A stretch of DNA of 52,651 bases, taken from positions 1 to 52,651 of the IMG/VR virus record IMGVR_UViG_3300025508_000025; one strand, 5' to 3'. The first letter of the stretch is position 1, and each line of letters begins with the position of its first letter. Positions 1 through 9,878 of the stretch are shown here, in pieces. Below the pieces are notes generated by a model. That model had not been told where the DNA came from. It saw only the letters and a program-made list of their open reading frames with translations, and ran no database searches. The position numbers were made by a program, and so were the translations under genes. This stretch comes from a virus (lineage: Duplodnaviria > Caudoviricetes).

Positions 1-117
1 ACTTCAACAGCAGCAGAATTAAATTTTAGTGATGGAGTAACTTCCAACATACAAACCCAGCTTGATACAAAAGCTACAACAGGTAAAGCTATTGCTATGG
101 CTTTAGTCTTTGGTTAA
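1..117 (+). CDS. C-terminal fragment of tail fibre/structural protein (5' partial)
   Basis: Open frame from base 1 to TAA at 115-117, ending KATTGKAIAMALVFG, a C-terminus I recall from marine phage tail proteins. Confidence 0.6.
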   Translation, partial: TSTAAELNFSDGVTSNIQTQLDTKATTGKAIAMALVFG

Positions 118-132
118 ACTTAGGAGAATATT

Positions 133-498
133 ATGGCAAATCCAAATCTAGTAGCAGTAACCTCGATATACGGAAAAAGTATACAGGGAGCTTTAACTAC
201 TACAGTAACAACCGACTTATTGACTTGTGCAAGTAACAAGTTACTTAAAGTTAATACCATTATTGTTGCAAATATTGATGGTACAAATGCAGCAACTGTA
301 ACAATGGGAATCATTAAAAGTGGTGGCTCAGTAGTTTTATTTGCTTCTACCATTTCTGTTCCAGCAGATGCAACCTTGGTTTTGATTGATAAAAACTCTA
401 GTTTTTACCTTCAAGAAGGAGACATCTTAGAGGGTGGTGCAGGTGCAAACTCAGATTTGACCTACACCATTAGTTACGAAGAATTAGATGACGCTTAA
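133..498 (+). CDS. Conserved virion-associated hypothetical protein
   Basis: AGGAG SD; beta-rich 121 aa; resembles 12862..13200 (IIVAN/IVAAN, downstream L..GD/TD.L/I motif). Confidence 0.6.
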   Translation: MANPNLVAVTSIYGKSIQGALTTTVTTDLLTCASNKLLKVNTIIVANIDGTNAATVTMGIIKSGGSVVLFASTISVPADATLVLIDKNSSFYLQEGDILEGGAGANSDLTYTISYEELDDA

Positions 499-512
499 GG
501 AGGTATTTAATT

Positions 513-977
513 ATGGCTCACTTTGCAGAACTTAATTCAAGCAACGAAGTATTACAAGTAATAGTAATATCCAACGATGATGTAGATGCCAATGGTGGCG
601 ATGAATCTGCTCAAGCAGAAACATTTGTAGCATCAATCGTTCCATACGGAACAGGTGGTGCTGCTTGGAAACAAACTTCATACAACAATAACTTTAGAAA
701 ACAATACGCAGGTATTGGGGATACTTATGATTCCTCTTTAAATATGTTTATATCCCCTCAACCTTATTCTTCTTGGTCTTTAGACTCTAATGGAGATTGG
801 AAAGCACCAGTTACTTATCCAAGTGTATCTGAGATAGGAAGTTTGACAGTATTCCCTACTTGGGATGAACCTAATCTTCGATGGCTTGGTTCTACTTGGT
901 CCGATAATTTTCCAGGTGCTGGAACAGAAACAAAATACACATGGGATGCCTCTAATACGCAATGGAATGAGGTCTAA
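513..977 (+). CDS. Conserved phage hypothetical protein (MAHFAEL family, tail-gene neighbourhood)
   Basis: AGGAGG SD; WKQTSYNNNFRKQYAGIG motif. Confidence 0.65.
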   Translation: MAHFAELNSSNEVLQVIVISNDDVDANGGDESAQAETFVASIVPYGTGGAAWKQTSYNNNFRKQYAGIGDTYDSSLNMFISPQPYSSWSLDSNGDWKAPVTYPSVSEIGSLTVFPTWDEPNLRWLGSTWSDNFPGAGTETKYTWDASNTQWNEV

Positions 978-979
978 CC

Positions 980-1903
980 ATGGCTAATTCTAATGGTGGA
1001 GTAGTAGGTGTTGATAACCCAGCAGTCGTTCAACCTGAAGTTATAACAACTTTTAATTCTAGTGGTACTTTAACGACTGCTCCATATACAACAGCAGTCG
1101 AACACTTGGTTATCGCAGGTGGAGGAGGCGGTGGTGGTATATATTATGCAGGAGGCGGAGGAGCTGGTGGTTATTTAACAGCCACAGGAAATCCAGTATC
1201 AGGTGGCTCACCTTACCCAGTTACAGTTGGAGCAGGTGGAGCAGCAGGTGGTCCTGGTTCTGTTGGAGCTAAAGGTAGTAATTCAGTTTTAGGAACACCC
1301 TCTGCAATTACTTCAGTAGGCGGTGGTTATGGTGCTAATGGAAGTCCTTCTCCAGGTGGACCTGGAGGTTCAGGTGGTGGTGGTGGCGGATTTAGCGCAC
1401 CTGGTTCTGTTGGTGGTAATGCAGAATCAGGTCAAGGTAACGCTGGAGGAAATGCTCCTACAACAGGCTCAAATGATTCATCAGGTGCAGGTGGAGGTGG
1501 TGCAGGTGCAGTTGGATCAAATGCAACCCCAAGTCCAGGACCAAACGCTAGTTTATCAGGCGGTGCTGGTGGTGCAGGATTAGCAAGTTCAATTACAGGT
1601 GCATCTGTTACAAGAGCAGGTGGCGGTGGTGGCGGTGGTTATTTTTCAGCAGCAGGTGGTGCTGGTGGTACTGGTGGTGGCGGAAATGGAAATGGACCTG
1701 GAGCAGATTCAGTAACCGCAGGTACAGCTAATACAGGGGGTGGTGGTGGCGGTGCTATGCACGCAAGTTATGCACCACCTAATGGAGCAGCAGGTGGCTC
1801 AGGTGTCGTTATTGTTAAAGAAGCTGCAGGTTCTAATGTAGGGTCAGGAATATGGGATATGAATTCAGTATACGATGCTGTAAAAGCAGGAACATGGGTG
1901 TAA
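980..1903 (+). CDS. Glycine-rich domain tail/receptor-binding protein
   Basis: VIAGGGGGG...GGGGAGG...ANTGGGGGG...GGSGVVIV architecture. Confidence 0.7.
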   Translation: MANSNGGVVGVDNPAVVQPEVITTFNSSGTLTTAPYTTAVEHLVIAGGGGGGGIYYAGGGGAGGYLTATGNPVSGGSPYPVTVGAGGAAGGPGSVGAKGSNSVLGTPSAITSVGGGYGANGSPSPGGPGGSGGGGGGFSAPGSVGGNAESGQGNAGGNAPTTGSNDSSGAGGGGAGAVGSNATPSPGPNASLSGGAGGAGLASSITGASVTRAGGGGGGGYFSAAGGAGGTGGGGNGNGPGADSVTAGTANTGGGGGGAMHASYAPPNGAAGGSGVVIVKEAAGSNVGSGIWDMNSVYDAVKAGTWV

Positions 1904-1904
1904 T

Positions 1905-2852
1905 ATGCCAAGATTAATCGGAGCAGCACAAGCAGTAACTTCACAAACCCAAGATGCAGTTATAACCACATTTAATTCTTCAGGTACATTTGCAGCCGCA
2001 TCACTTACAACAAATGCTTGGGTATTAGCTGTAGCAGGTGGAGCAGGAGGTGCTGCTCAAGGTTCAGGTGGAGGAGCAGGTGGGTATTATGAAGTACCCT
2101 CCCACCCTGTGCCTCAAAGTCCAGTACCTGTAACAGTAGGCGCAGGCGGAGTAGGTGGCGCACCTCAAGGTGCAGGTGGAACTAACGAAAATATGAGAGG
2201 TAAAGCTGGTGGTAATTCAATTTTTGGAGCAGCTTCTCCACTTACAGCAGTAGGTGGTGGGGGTGGAGTTAGAGGAGTTTCAGGCACACCAATAGCAGGA
2301 CAAGATGGTGGTTCAGGCGGAGGAGGTTACCGAGGTGGACCTAGTGCAGTTGCTGGAGGAACAGCAACTTCAGGACAAGGAAACGCTGGAGGTTCAGCTA
2401 TAGCTGGAAACACAGGTGGCGGTGGTGGAGCTGGTGCTGTAGGTGGTACTGCTGGTACTCTTTCTCCATATACTTATCTTGGCGGTGTTGGAGGTGCAGG
2501 AGCATCATCTGATATTTCAGGCTCGTCTGTTACTCGTGGAGGTGGAGGTGGAGGTGGATTTGCAGAAGCACCATGGACAGCAGCAGGTGGTTCAGGTGGC
2601 GGTGGTAAAAGTGATAGATACGCTTCAGATGCTACTCCAGATGTTCCAGCAACACGAGCAGTAGCAGGTACTGTAAATACAGGTGGAGGTGGTGGTTCAA
2701 CAGCAACTGAAGCAGGTGGTTCAGCAAGAGGAAGCGCAGGTGGTTCAGGGGTTGTTATAGTAAATGAACCTGCAATAGACCAAACACTGGCATCAAGTTG
2801 TTGGGATTTAAGACAAGTTTTTAGACAAATTAAAGCTGACGATTGGGTTTAA
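1905..2852 (+). CDS. Glycine-rich domain tail protein, paralogue of preceding gene
   Basis: Same architecture; shared VITTFNSSGT and GGSGVVIV motifs. Confidence 0.7.
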   Translation: MPRLIGAAQAVTSQTQDAVITTFNSSGTFAAASLTTNAWVLAVAGGAGGAAQGSGGGAGGYYEVPSHPVPQSPVPVTVGAGGVGGAPQGAGGTNENMRGKAGGNSIFGAASPLTAVGGGGGVRGVSGTPIAGQDGGSGGGGYRGGPSAVAGGTATSGQGNAGGSAIAGNTGGGGGAGAVGGTAGTLSPYTYLGGVGGAGASSDISGSSVTRGGGGGGGFAEAPWTAAGGSGGGGKSDRYASDATPDVPATRAVAGTVNTGGGGGSTATEAGGSARGSAGGSGVVIVNEPAIDQTLASSCWDLRQVFRQIKADDWV

Positions 2853-2866
2853 ATAAGATATAAATT

Positions 2867-3487
2867 TTGAATTTAAAATATTACTACTGGTACTTTCAAT
2901 CGGTTATACCTGAAAGAATATGTGACGATATTGTTCGTTATGGCAAAGAGCAAGAAAAAGAAACTGCTATTACAGGCAACTTTGGTAAAGATAAGCTCAC
3001 CAAACTAGAACTTAAAAACATTCAAAAGAAACGCAAGTCTGATGTTGTGTGGATGAATGACCGATGGATATACAAAGAAATACAACCCTACATACATCAA
3101 GCAAATGCTAGTGCTGATTGGAATTTTGAATGGGATTGGTCAGAATCTTGTCAATTTACTGAATACAAGAAAGGTCAATTTTACGATTGGCATTGTGACT
3201 CATACGAAGAACCTTATAACCAACCTGATAATGCTAACGCACATGGTAAATTAAGAAAACTTAGTATGACTGTATCGCTTACCGATCCTGATGAATACGA
3301 AGGTGGAGATTTAGAGTTTGATTTTAGAAACACAGATGAAGGCTCTCAGCCAAGAATATGTGAAGAAATTAGAAAGAAGGGTAGCGTAATAGTTTTTCCT
3401 TCTTTTGTTTGGCATAGAGTTAAACCAGTCACCAAAGGCATACGACACTCTTTAGTATGTTGGAATTTAGGATACCCATTTAGATGA
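2867..3487 (+). CDS. 2OG-Fe(II) oxygenase (PKHD/prolyl hydroxylase-like)
   Basis: WHCD (HxD), RKLSMTV, YEGGDLEF, FPSFVWHRVKPVTKGIRHSLV; TTG start. Confidence 0.85.
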   Translation: MNLKYYYWYFQSVIPERICDDIVRYGKEQEKETAITGNFGKDKLTKLELKNIQKKRKSDVVWMNDRWIYKEIQPYIHQANASADWNFEWDWSESCQFTEYKKGQFYDWHCDSYEEPYNQPDNANAHGKLRKLSMTVSLTDPDEYEGGDLEFDFRNTDEGSQPRICEEIRKKGSVIVFPSFVWHRVKPVTKGIRHSLVCWNLGYPFR

Positions 3488-4104
3488 GCTTTGAAAAAAA
3501 TAAATACCAAGTAATTAAAGGTGCTATATCAACAGAGTTAGCAGATTTTTGTTATCAATACTTTTTAAACAAAAGAGCTGTTGCAAGGCACTTGTTTGAT
3601 GAAAGGTATGTATCACAATTTACTGAATATTTTGGGGTATGGAACGATACACAAATACCAGAAACTTATTCTCATTACGCAGACATAGTAATGGAAACTT
3701 TATTACAAAAGGTTAAACCTGTAATGGAAAAAGAATCAGGACTCAAACTTACTGAAACTTATTCATACGCTAGAATCTATAAAAAAGGTGACGAGTTAAA
3801 AAGACACAAAGACAGATACTCATGTGAAATATCTACTACTATGCACTTAGGCGGAGATGCTTGGTCTATATTTTTAGAGCCATCAGGAGAAGAAGGCAAA
3901 GATGGCATAAAGGTCAAACTAGAAGCAGGTGATATGCTTATGTATCGTGGTTGTGACCTAGAGCATTGGCGTGAACCATTTAAAGGTAAAGATTGTGGAC
4001 AAGTATTTTTGCACTACAATGATAAAAATGGTAAAAATGCTAAAGAAAATAAATTTGATGGCAGACCTATAATTGGCTTACCAAGTTATTTTAAACAAAT
4101 TTAA
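3484..4104 (+). CDS. Second putative 2OG-Fe(II) oxygenase
   Basis: YARIY..GDELKRHKDR (HxD), distal EHWR, QVFLHY; ATGA overlap with upstream gene. Confidence 0.7.
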   Translation: MSFEKNKYQVIKGAISTELADFCYQYFLNKRAVARHLFDERYVSQFTEYFGVWNDTQIPETYSHYADIVMETLLQKVKPVMEKESGLKLTETYSYARIYKKGDELKRHKDRYSCEISTTMHLGGDAWSIFLEPSGEEGKDGIKVKLEAGDMLMYRGCDLEHWREPFKGKDCGQVFLHYNDKNGKNAKENKFDGRPIIGLPSYFKQI

Positions 4105-4108
4105 TATT

Positions 4109-4207
4109 ATGATGATGTATGAAATTTTTAATTTAGTTATAAGTGTATCTGTTCTTACAGGTACTATTGTTTTATTAATGGGTGATAATAATAATCACTC
4201 TATTTAG
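4109..4207 (+). CDS. Small membrane peptide (32 aa, not in ORF track)
   Basis: MMMYEIFNLVISVSVLTGTIVLLMGDNNNHSI; fills the gap between genes. Confidence 0.4.
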   Translation: MMMYEIFNLVISVSVLTGTIVLLMGDNNNHSI

Positions 4208-4216
4208 GAGAGAAGT

Positions 4217-4324
4217 ATGGATATTTTAATACCAGCAGCAATAATTACAGCAGTAGCTCTTGCTTCAATAAGAAAATTTAAACCTGAGCTTTGGGTGCAA
4301 ATTAAATCAAAGTTTAAAAAATAA
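4217..4324 (+). CDS. Small membrane peptide (35 aa, not in ORF track)
   Basis: AGGAG SD; hydrophobic N-terminus, basic C-terminus. Confidence 0.55.
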   Translation: MDILIPAAIITAVALASIRKFKPELWVQIKSKFKK

Positions 4325-4325
4325 T

Positions 4326-4505
4326 ATGAATTGGTTTAAAAAATTTATAAAGTTTATTACACCCCCATCTCTTACAGAAAAAGTTGTTGTTAGAGCTAGG
4401 ACTAAAAAAGGTCGTTACATTGCTGATGATCCAACAACTATAGAAAATGAAGCCTATAAAAAAGTTTTAAGAAAAAAACCTGTAAAAAAATCTAAAAAAA
4501 AATAA
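4326..4505 (+). CDS. Small basic hypothetical protein (59 aa, not in ORF track)
   Basis: Tightly packed between neighbours; RARTKKGRYIADDPTTIENEAY. Confidence 0.55.
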   Translation: MNWFKKFIKFITPPSLTEKVVVRARTKKGRYIADDPTTIENEAYKKVLRKKPVKKSKKK

Positions 4506-4506
4506 C

Positions 4507-4692
4507 ATGGCTACCACAAAAGAATCTTTTGCTAAAATAGAAGCACACGAAAGAGAGTGCACTATTAGGTACGAAAACATTGAAAAAAGATTAGATCAAG
4601 GACAAATAAGATTTAACAAGTTAGAAAATATGATCTGGGGATTATATGTTCTTCTTATTGCATCAGGTGTTCTTGCAGGAATGTTCGGATGA
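4507..4692 (+). CDS. Small coiled-coil membrane protein (XhlA/holin-like)
   Basis: Coiled-coil N-terminus, single C-terminal TM segment. Confidence 0.5.
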   Translation: MATTKESFAKIEAHERECTIRYENIEKRLDQGQIRFNKLENMIWGLYVLLIASGVLAGMFG

Positions 4693-4871
4693 GTAGAGCT
4701 AAAAAATCAACAGTAAATAAAGCAGGTAATTATACAAAACCTGCTATGCGTAAAAGAATATTTAGTCGAATTAAATCAGGAAGCAAAGGTGGTGGAGCTG
4801 GACAATGGTCTGCTCGTAAAGCACAAATGTTAGCAAAAGCATATAAAAAAGCAGGTGGCGGATATAAGTAA
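4689..4871 (+). CDS. Small basic protein, DUF5872-like N-terminal half
   Basis: NYTKP...GQWSARKAQMLAKAYKKAGGGY motif (recalled family). Confidence 0.55.
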   Translation: MSRAKKSTVNKAGNYTKPAMRKRIFSRIKSGSKGGGAGQWSARKAQMLAKAYKKAGGGYK

Positions 4872-5551
4872 TGTCTTACTTAATCAGCAATATACCGCAT
4901 TTTAAATGTTGGGTTAGAAAGGAATTTACTACTAATCATCAACATGGTCATGGAGAATACTTACACGCATTAGCAATAGCTGTAAATACTATTCCAGATA
5001 GGTCATTAAGTTTTCAAGTAGTTTTTACTGGATGTGAAGCTGAAGATGATGAATCTAATATACATGGTGGTGCAATGTGGGCAAGAATGCCTATACAAGC
5101 TCTTGTAGCAGATATACCTGTTGCAGAGTGGGCATTGCCTATGGAAGATCATTTAGCTCAACCTTGGGACTGTGAGGCTAGAAATCATTCTGTAATTGTC
5201 ATGGATAGAGTTAGCTCTAGTCCTTGGATATGCAAAATTAATAATAATTTTTATAAAGGCAAATATTTATTTACTGTAGATTATACTGATAATTCTATTG
5301 CTGATTGTCCTGCACAACATAAACAATCTCATGTTATATATATTACAGAAGATTGTGAATGGAAAGGCAATATAGTAGCACTTCCAAATAATAGAGTTAG
5401 AGCTACTAGTCCTGCTTTATGGGTTACAGGAGAAGGTCCTCCAGACTTTGCTCCATCACAACACATACATTCAGCAGAAGGTCATGAAAGTTACTTAGAC
5501 CCATTAACAACATTTAACAACTTATATAGTGAACAAATTGAGGAAGATTAA
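4871..5551 (+). CDS. Conserved phage hypothetical protein
   Basis: 226-aa ORF translationally coupled (TAATG) on both sides. Confidence 0.6.
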   Translation: MSYLISNIPHFKCWVRKEFTTNHQHGHGEYLHALAIAVNTIPDRSLSFQVVFTGCEAEDDESNIHGGAMWARMPIQALVADIPVAEWALPMEDHLAQPWDCEARNHSVIVMDRVSSSPWICKINNNFYKGKYLFTVDYTDNSIADCPAQHKQSHVIYITEDCEWKGNIVALPNNRVRATSPALWVTGEGPPDFAPSQHIHSAEGHESYLDPLTTFNNLYSEQIEED

Positions 5552-5793
5552 TGCCATTAAAAAAATCACAAAGGTCTTTAAAGCGTTGGACTAAACAAAA
5601 ATGGACAACTCCTAGCGGAAAAAAATCTTCTAAAACTGGTGAAGTTTATGCACCAAAAGCTCAAATAGATAGACTTAAATCAACCTCTAAAGGCAGAAGT
5701 AAACTTGCGGCAGCTAACAGAAAAAAAAGACAAGCTACTGCTAAAGGCAAACAACACGCTAGACATGGTTTACACAAAGGAAAGAAAAGATAA
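5551..5793 (+). CDS. Small basic protein, DUF5872-like C-terminal half
   Basis: SQRSLKRWTKQKW...NRKKRQATAKGKQ. Confidence 0.5.
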   Translation: MPLKKSQRSLKRWTKQKWTTPSGKKSSKTGEVYAPKAQIDRLKSTSKGRSKLAAANRKKRQATAKGKQHARHGLHKGKKR

Positions 5794-6218
5794 TGTATGA
5801 ATATGGTTGCACAGTTACTAGGGTGGTTGATGGCGATACTGTTGATGTTATTCTTGATCTTGGTTTTTCTATTCTTCACAAGTGTCGTGTTCGTCTTTAC
5901 GGCATTGATACACCTGAATCAAGAACAAGAGATAAAGATGAAAAAGCTAGAGGAAAATTAGCTTCAAAGTATTTAAGTGATGCTATTCACAATGGCACTA
6001 AAGTAGTATTAAGATCAAAGTTAAAAGATTCTAAAGGCAAGTATGGTCGTGTATTAGGGGAAATTATCGTAGATGACATTAACATTAATGTATCTATGAT
6101 AGAAAACTATTTAGCTGTTGAATATCATGGACAAAGTAAAAATGATATTGAATCAGAACATTTAGTAAATAGAAACAAACTTATAGAACTAGGAGTATTT
6201 ACCCCAAATGAAAAATAA
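5793..6218 (+). CDS. Thermonuclease (SNase-like)
   Basis: RVVDGDTVDV, RVRLYGIDTPES, GKYGRVLG. Confidence 0.85.
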   Translation: MYEYGCTVTRVVDGDTVDVILDLGFSILHKCRVRLYGIDTPESRTRDKDEKARGKLASKYLSDAIHNGTKVVLRSKLKDSKGKYGRVLGEIIVDDININVSMIENYLAVEYHGQSKNDIESEHLVNRNKLIELGVFTPNEK

Positions 6219-7299
6219 TATTTACCAGTCAATTATATTTTTAGGAATTATATTTTCTGCAAATGCATTTGCTCAATCATCACAGCAATCTGGTACAGCT
6301 TGTGTCAATGGTTCTCAGTATTGCGAAAACAATAGTTTAGATACAGTCAATACAACTACAACTACTAATACAAATACAAATACAAATAATAATACGAATA
6401 CCAACACTTCAACTGCGACTAACACAAACAATAATTCTAATACTAATGTTTCTACAAACACCAATACTTCAACGAATACAAACGCAAACACCAATCAAAA
6501 TACGAATTTGAATACGAATGTAAATACTTCTACAGCTAATTCAACTTCAAACAATACTAATACAAATAATAATGTTAATACCTCTACATCTAACTCAACA
6601 GTTAATTCTACTGTTAATCAGAATGTAAATAATACAAACAACAGCACTTCAAATAACACCAATCAAAACACAAATGTTAATCAGTCTACATCTCAAAGTG
6701 ATGTAAAAACTGACAATAAAAATGTTAACGAAAATAATAGTAAGTCTGATAACACTAATCGAAACATTAATGAATCTAATTCAACTCAAACGATTAATCA
6801 GAATGTTAAAAGCGAAGCACCACCTGCTTCAGCTATTGCTCCAAGCATTATGAGTTATAGCCAAGACCTTTGCACAGTAGGAAGATCAGCAGCTTTCCAA
6901 GGGCAAATTTTTGGTTTTTCAGGTGGTAAAACTGTTACAGATCAAAACTGTGAAAGGTTAAAACTGTCTAAATATCTGTACGACATGGGTATGAAAGTAG
7001 CATCAGTTGCCTTGTTATGCCAAGACGAAAGAGTATTTAAAGCAATGAGAATGGCAGGTACGCCATGTCCATATGAAGGCAAGATAGGTAAAGAAGCATC
7101 GGCAGAATGGGATAAAAATAAATCTAAAAGACCTGATGTAAAAGATGCAGAAGAAGAATATATTAAACAATGTACATATGAATCTAATCCAAACAGAGAT
7201 AAGATTAATAAAGATATTGTTGGTGCAGTTAAAGTTATGTATACACGAAAAACTAAAACAACAAAACAATGCAAAAAAGAGTTTTATTCTACGCAATAG
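6208..7299 (+). CDS. Secreted Asn/Thr-rich protein with Cys-rich C-terminal domain
   Basis: Signal peptide ending ANAFA; N/T low-complexity tract; multiple Cys. Confidence 0.6.
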   Translation: MKNNIYQSIIFLGIIFSANAFAQSSQQSGTACVNGSQYCENNSLDTVNTTTTTNTNTNTNNNTNTNTSTATNTNNNSNTNVSTNTNTSTNTNANTNQNTNLNTNVNTSTANSTSNNTNTNNNVNTSTSNSTVNSTVNQNVNNTNNSTSNNTNQNTNVNQSTSQSDVKTDNKNVNENNSKSDNTNRNINESNSTQTINQNVKSEAPPASAIAPSIMSYSQDLCTVGRSAAFQGQIFGFSGGKTVTDQNCERLKLSKYLYDMGMKVASVALLCQDERVFKAMRMAGTPCPYEGKIGKEASAEWDKNKSKRPDVKDAEEEYIKQCTYESNPNRDKINKDIVGAVKVMYTRKTKTTKQCKKEFYSTQ

Positions 7300-9524
7300 C
7301 GTGTCTGTTTAGTCTTAATGTATTAAGTCAATATACTTATGAAGCTAATCAAGACTTATATCAACTACAAGCAAATGCTAACAACTTTAATGGTGAATTA
7401 GCCTACGAGGTAGTAGATGATGGTATTAGTCCTGCAATTGACCTTTCTTTTAATTTTACTTTTTATGGCAATACATTTAGCCAAGCGAGAATGGCAACAA
7501 ATGGATGTCTCCATTTTGGTTCTAGTGGTAGCTATTGTAATGACTATACTCCTGACCCTATCAATGGACAGCATACTTACACCATATATCCTTTCTGGAC
7601 AGACTTAATAAGAGACAACGATTCTCGCATGAAGTCTTGGGGTGACTCAAGCAAGATGATTTTTGGATGGTACGACATGAGGGAGTACAACAGAGCATCA
7701 GACAACAGCTTCGAAATAATACTGTGGAACAACAACTCTTTTGACATACGCTATGGTGCATTAGATATAATTAATCACGATGTACTAATAGGTGAGATAG
7801 GTTCTAAAAAAGAAAATTCTTACACTTATTATTATCACGATGAATGTAATACTGGCACAACTAATGGTTCTAGTTGCTATAACTACGACTGGAATAACTC
7901 TGATAAAAACACTAACCTAGAAAATGGCGGTTCTTTATATGGGTCAGGCAGTGGCAATGGTGTTGATTGTAGCAATGCACTAAATGATCCTAGTTGTTCA
8001 GGTTATGCAGATGCATATCAAACTCAACAATGTAATATCACTGATCTTTATAGTCAGTCATGTCCTAACTATTGGGATGCTTATGATGATCAACAATGTG
8101 CTGATGATCCACAATATGCTCCATTTTGCCAAGGTTATAGACAAGAAGAGTCTGTAGCTTTTTTTGATGATGAGCAAGTTGATTATGGTTTTATAGATGA
8201 GCAAGACCAATTTGCTACTGGTATATTTACTGAAGAACATCATGATGATAACCAAGGCTTTGAAGATCAATTTACAGTCATTGAAATATTTGAAGATGAA
8301 ATGTTTCCACCCTTTGAAGATTTTGGAGACAACCCCAATGATTATTTTGCAGAACCAGTAACAGAAGATATTGTTATATTTTATGAGCCTGATCCTTTAC
8401 CTTTTATAGATGAATTTGGACCACATCATGAAGATAACTTTCAACACCAAGATGAAATTCTGTTAGATGAGTTTTTGTTTCAAGAAACATTTTTAGTAGA
8501 AGATTACAGTGAACCTGAAACATTTATTGAATTTAATAACATAGATGAATTAGAAGAATGGTTTGAAGAAGAAACCAATGAACGATTTGAAGAAAGACCA
8601 GAAGAAGAGTTTGTTTTAGAAGATGAACCTGAAGAAGAATTTTTGGAAGAAATATTTGAAGAAGAAGCTGTAGAAGAAATCTTTGAAGAAATAGAAGAAC
8701 GCCAAGAAATTATGGAAGAAGAAAGAATTGCCGAAAGAGAAGAAGAAGCTAGAGAAGAAACATTAGAAGAAGTTACTGAAGAATTTGCAGCAGTAGAATC
8801 TGATACTCCTACAGGCAAAAATAGATTAATGACTGTAGCTCTTAATGTAGTCAGAGCAGGAGTACAAACAGCATCTAACAGTTACTCACAGGCTTCTGGT
8901 GGCTCTCAATCAAATAGTACATCTAGTTACTCATCTTCAGGAAATACATCAACAAGAAGCTCTACAGCATCTAGTGGTGGTATAAGCACTTCTAGCAGTC
9001 CTAGTGCATCAGATCAGTTTGCAAGTGCAACACAACAAACAAACCAAGTTTTATCTTTGGGAAGTGATGTAGGAAGTTCTAGTAATATGTCTATGTCTAT
9101 AACTCCTTTGCCTACATTTGATAATGCAGCTTCTATGGTTGTAGCTGATGTGCAAGTGCAAAATGTACAGGGAGAAATTGATACAGCATCTTCTGGAACA
9201 ATGACAGCATCAGAAGCTGATCAAATAGCAGATAAAATTATTGCTGCAAATATAGAAGCACAGCAAGAAGAAATTGAAGAAGAACAACAAGAAACAGGTA
9301 AGTACGGAGATGAATCTAAACTTATAGCATTAATAGGTTATGTTCCTGATTTTAATAACTACTCACAAACAAGCGTACCTGATGCACCGACTTGGTATAG
9401 TAGCTCTGATATATATACTTCTGCTACACTAGATGATAATACCAGTGCTTTTTATGGACTGGTAAATAGTAATTTAACAGGTTTGAGTCAGATGATAAAT
9501 GACCAACCTAATATGTGGAGATAA
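7269..9524 (+). CDS. Secreted acidic protein with nidogen (NIDO)-like N-terminal domain
   Basis: Signal peptide; DDGISPAIDLSFNFTFYG, ATNG, IYPFWTDL; Cys repeats; E-rich and S-rich tracts. Confidence 0.6.
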   Translation: MQKRVLFYAIACLFSLNVLSQYTYEANQDLYQLQANANNFNGELAYEVVDDGISPAIDLSFNFTFYGNTFSQARMATNGCLHFGSSGSYCNDYTPDPINGQHTYTIYPFWTDLIRDNDSRMKSWGDSSKMIFGWYDMREYNRASDNSFEIILWNNNSFDIRYGALDIINHDVLIGEIGSKKENSYTYYYHDECNTGTTNGSSCYNYDWNNSDKNTNLENGGSLYGSGSGNGVDCSNALNDPSCSGYADAYQTQQCNITDLYSQSCPNYWDAYDDQQCADDPQYAPFCQGYRQEESVAFFDDEQVDYGFIDEQDQFATGIFTEEHHDDNQGFEDQFTVIEIFEDEMFPPFEDFGDNPNDYFAEPVTEDIVIFYEPDPLPFIDEFGPHHEDNFQHQDEILLDEFLFQETFLVEDYSEPETFIEFNNIDELEEWFEEETNERFEERPEEEFVLEDEPEEEFLEEIFEEEAVEEIFEEIEERQEIMEEERIAEREEEAREETLEEVTEEFAAVESDTPTGKNRLMTVALNVVRAGVQTASNSYSQASGGSQSNSTSSYSSSGNTSTRSSTASSGGISTSSSPSASDQFASATQQTNQVLSLGSDVGSSSNMSMSITPLPTFDNAASMVVADVQVQNVQGEIDTASSGTMTASEADQIADKIIAANIEAQQEEIEEEQQETGKYGDESKLIALIGYVPDFNNYSQTSVPDAPTWYSSSDIYTSATLDDNTSAFYGLVNSNLTGLSQMINDQPNMWR

Positions 9525-9526
9525 TC

Positions 9527-9874
9527 ATGAATTGGTTTGAAAATAAAACAACACAACTTATTGCTCTTGCTGGAATAGTTACTACTCTTGCTGGATTTGG
9601 TTATACAGGAGCAACTTATGTCAATAGAATTGATAATCTTGAAGCTCAAATAGGTGGCATAGGTGATACCGAATCAGCTCAACAACTTATTGAAGAACGC
9701 TTTGCATCTATAGAAACATCGGTTAAGTTTTTAGAAAAAGAAATAGATAGTGTAGAAGTGCCTGATGTAACAGAAATTAAAACAGATATAGCTACTATCA
9801 AAGCTGACCTACAAGGTTTAGACAAAGCAATTAACAAATTAGAAAATAAGGATGACAATCCTTTAAACGGATAA
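9527..9874 (+). CDS. Membrane-anchored coiled-coil protein
   Basis: GGAG SD before ATG 9527; N-terminal TM then heptads. Confidence 0.55.
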   Translation: MNWFENKTTQLIALAGIVTTLAGFGYTGATYVNRIDNLEAQIGGIGDTESAQQLIEERFASIETSVKFLEKEIDSVEVPDVTEIKTDIATIKADLQGLDKAINKLENKDDNPLNG

Positions 9875-9878
9875 TCAT

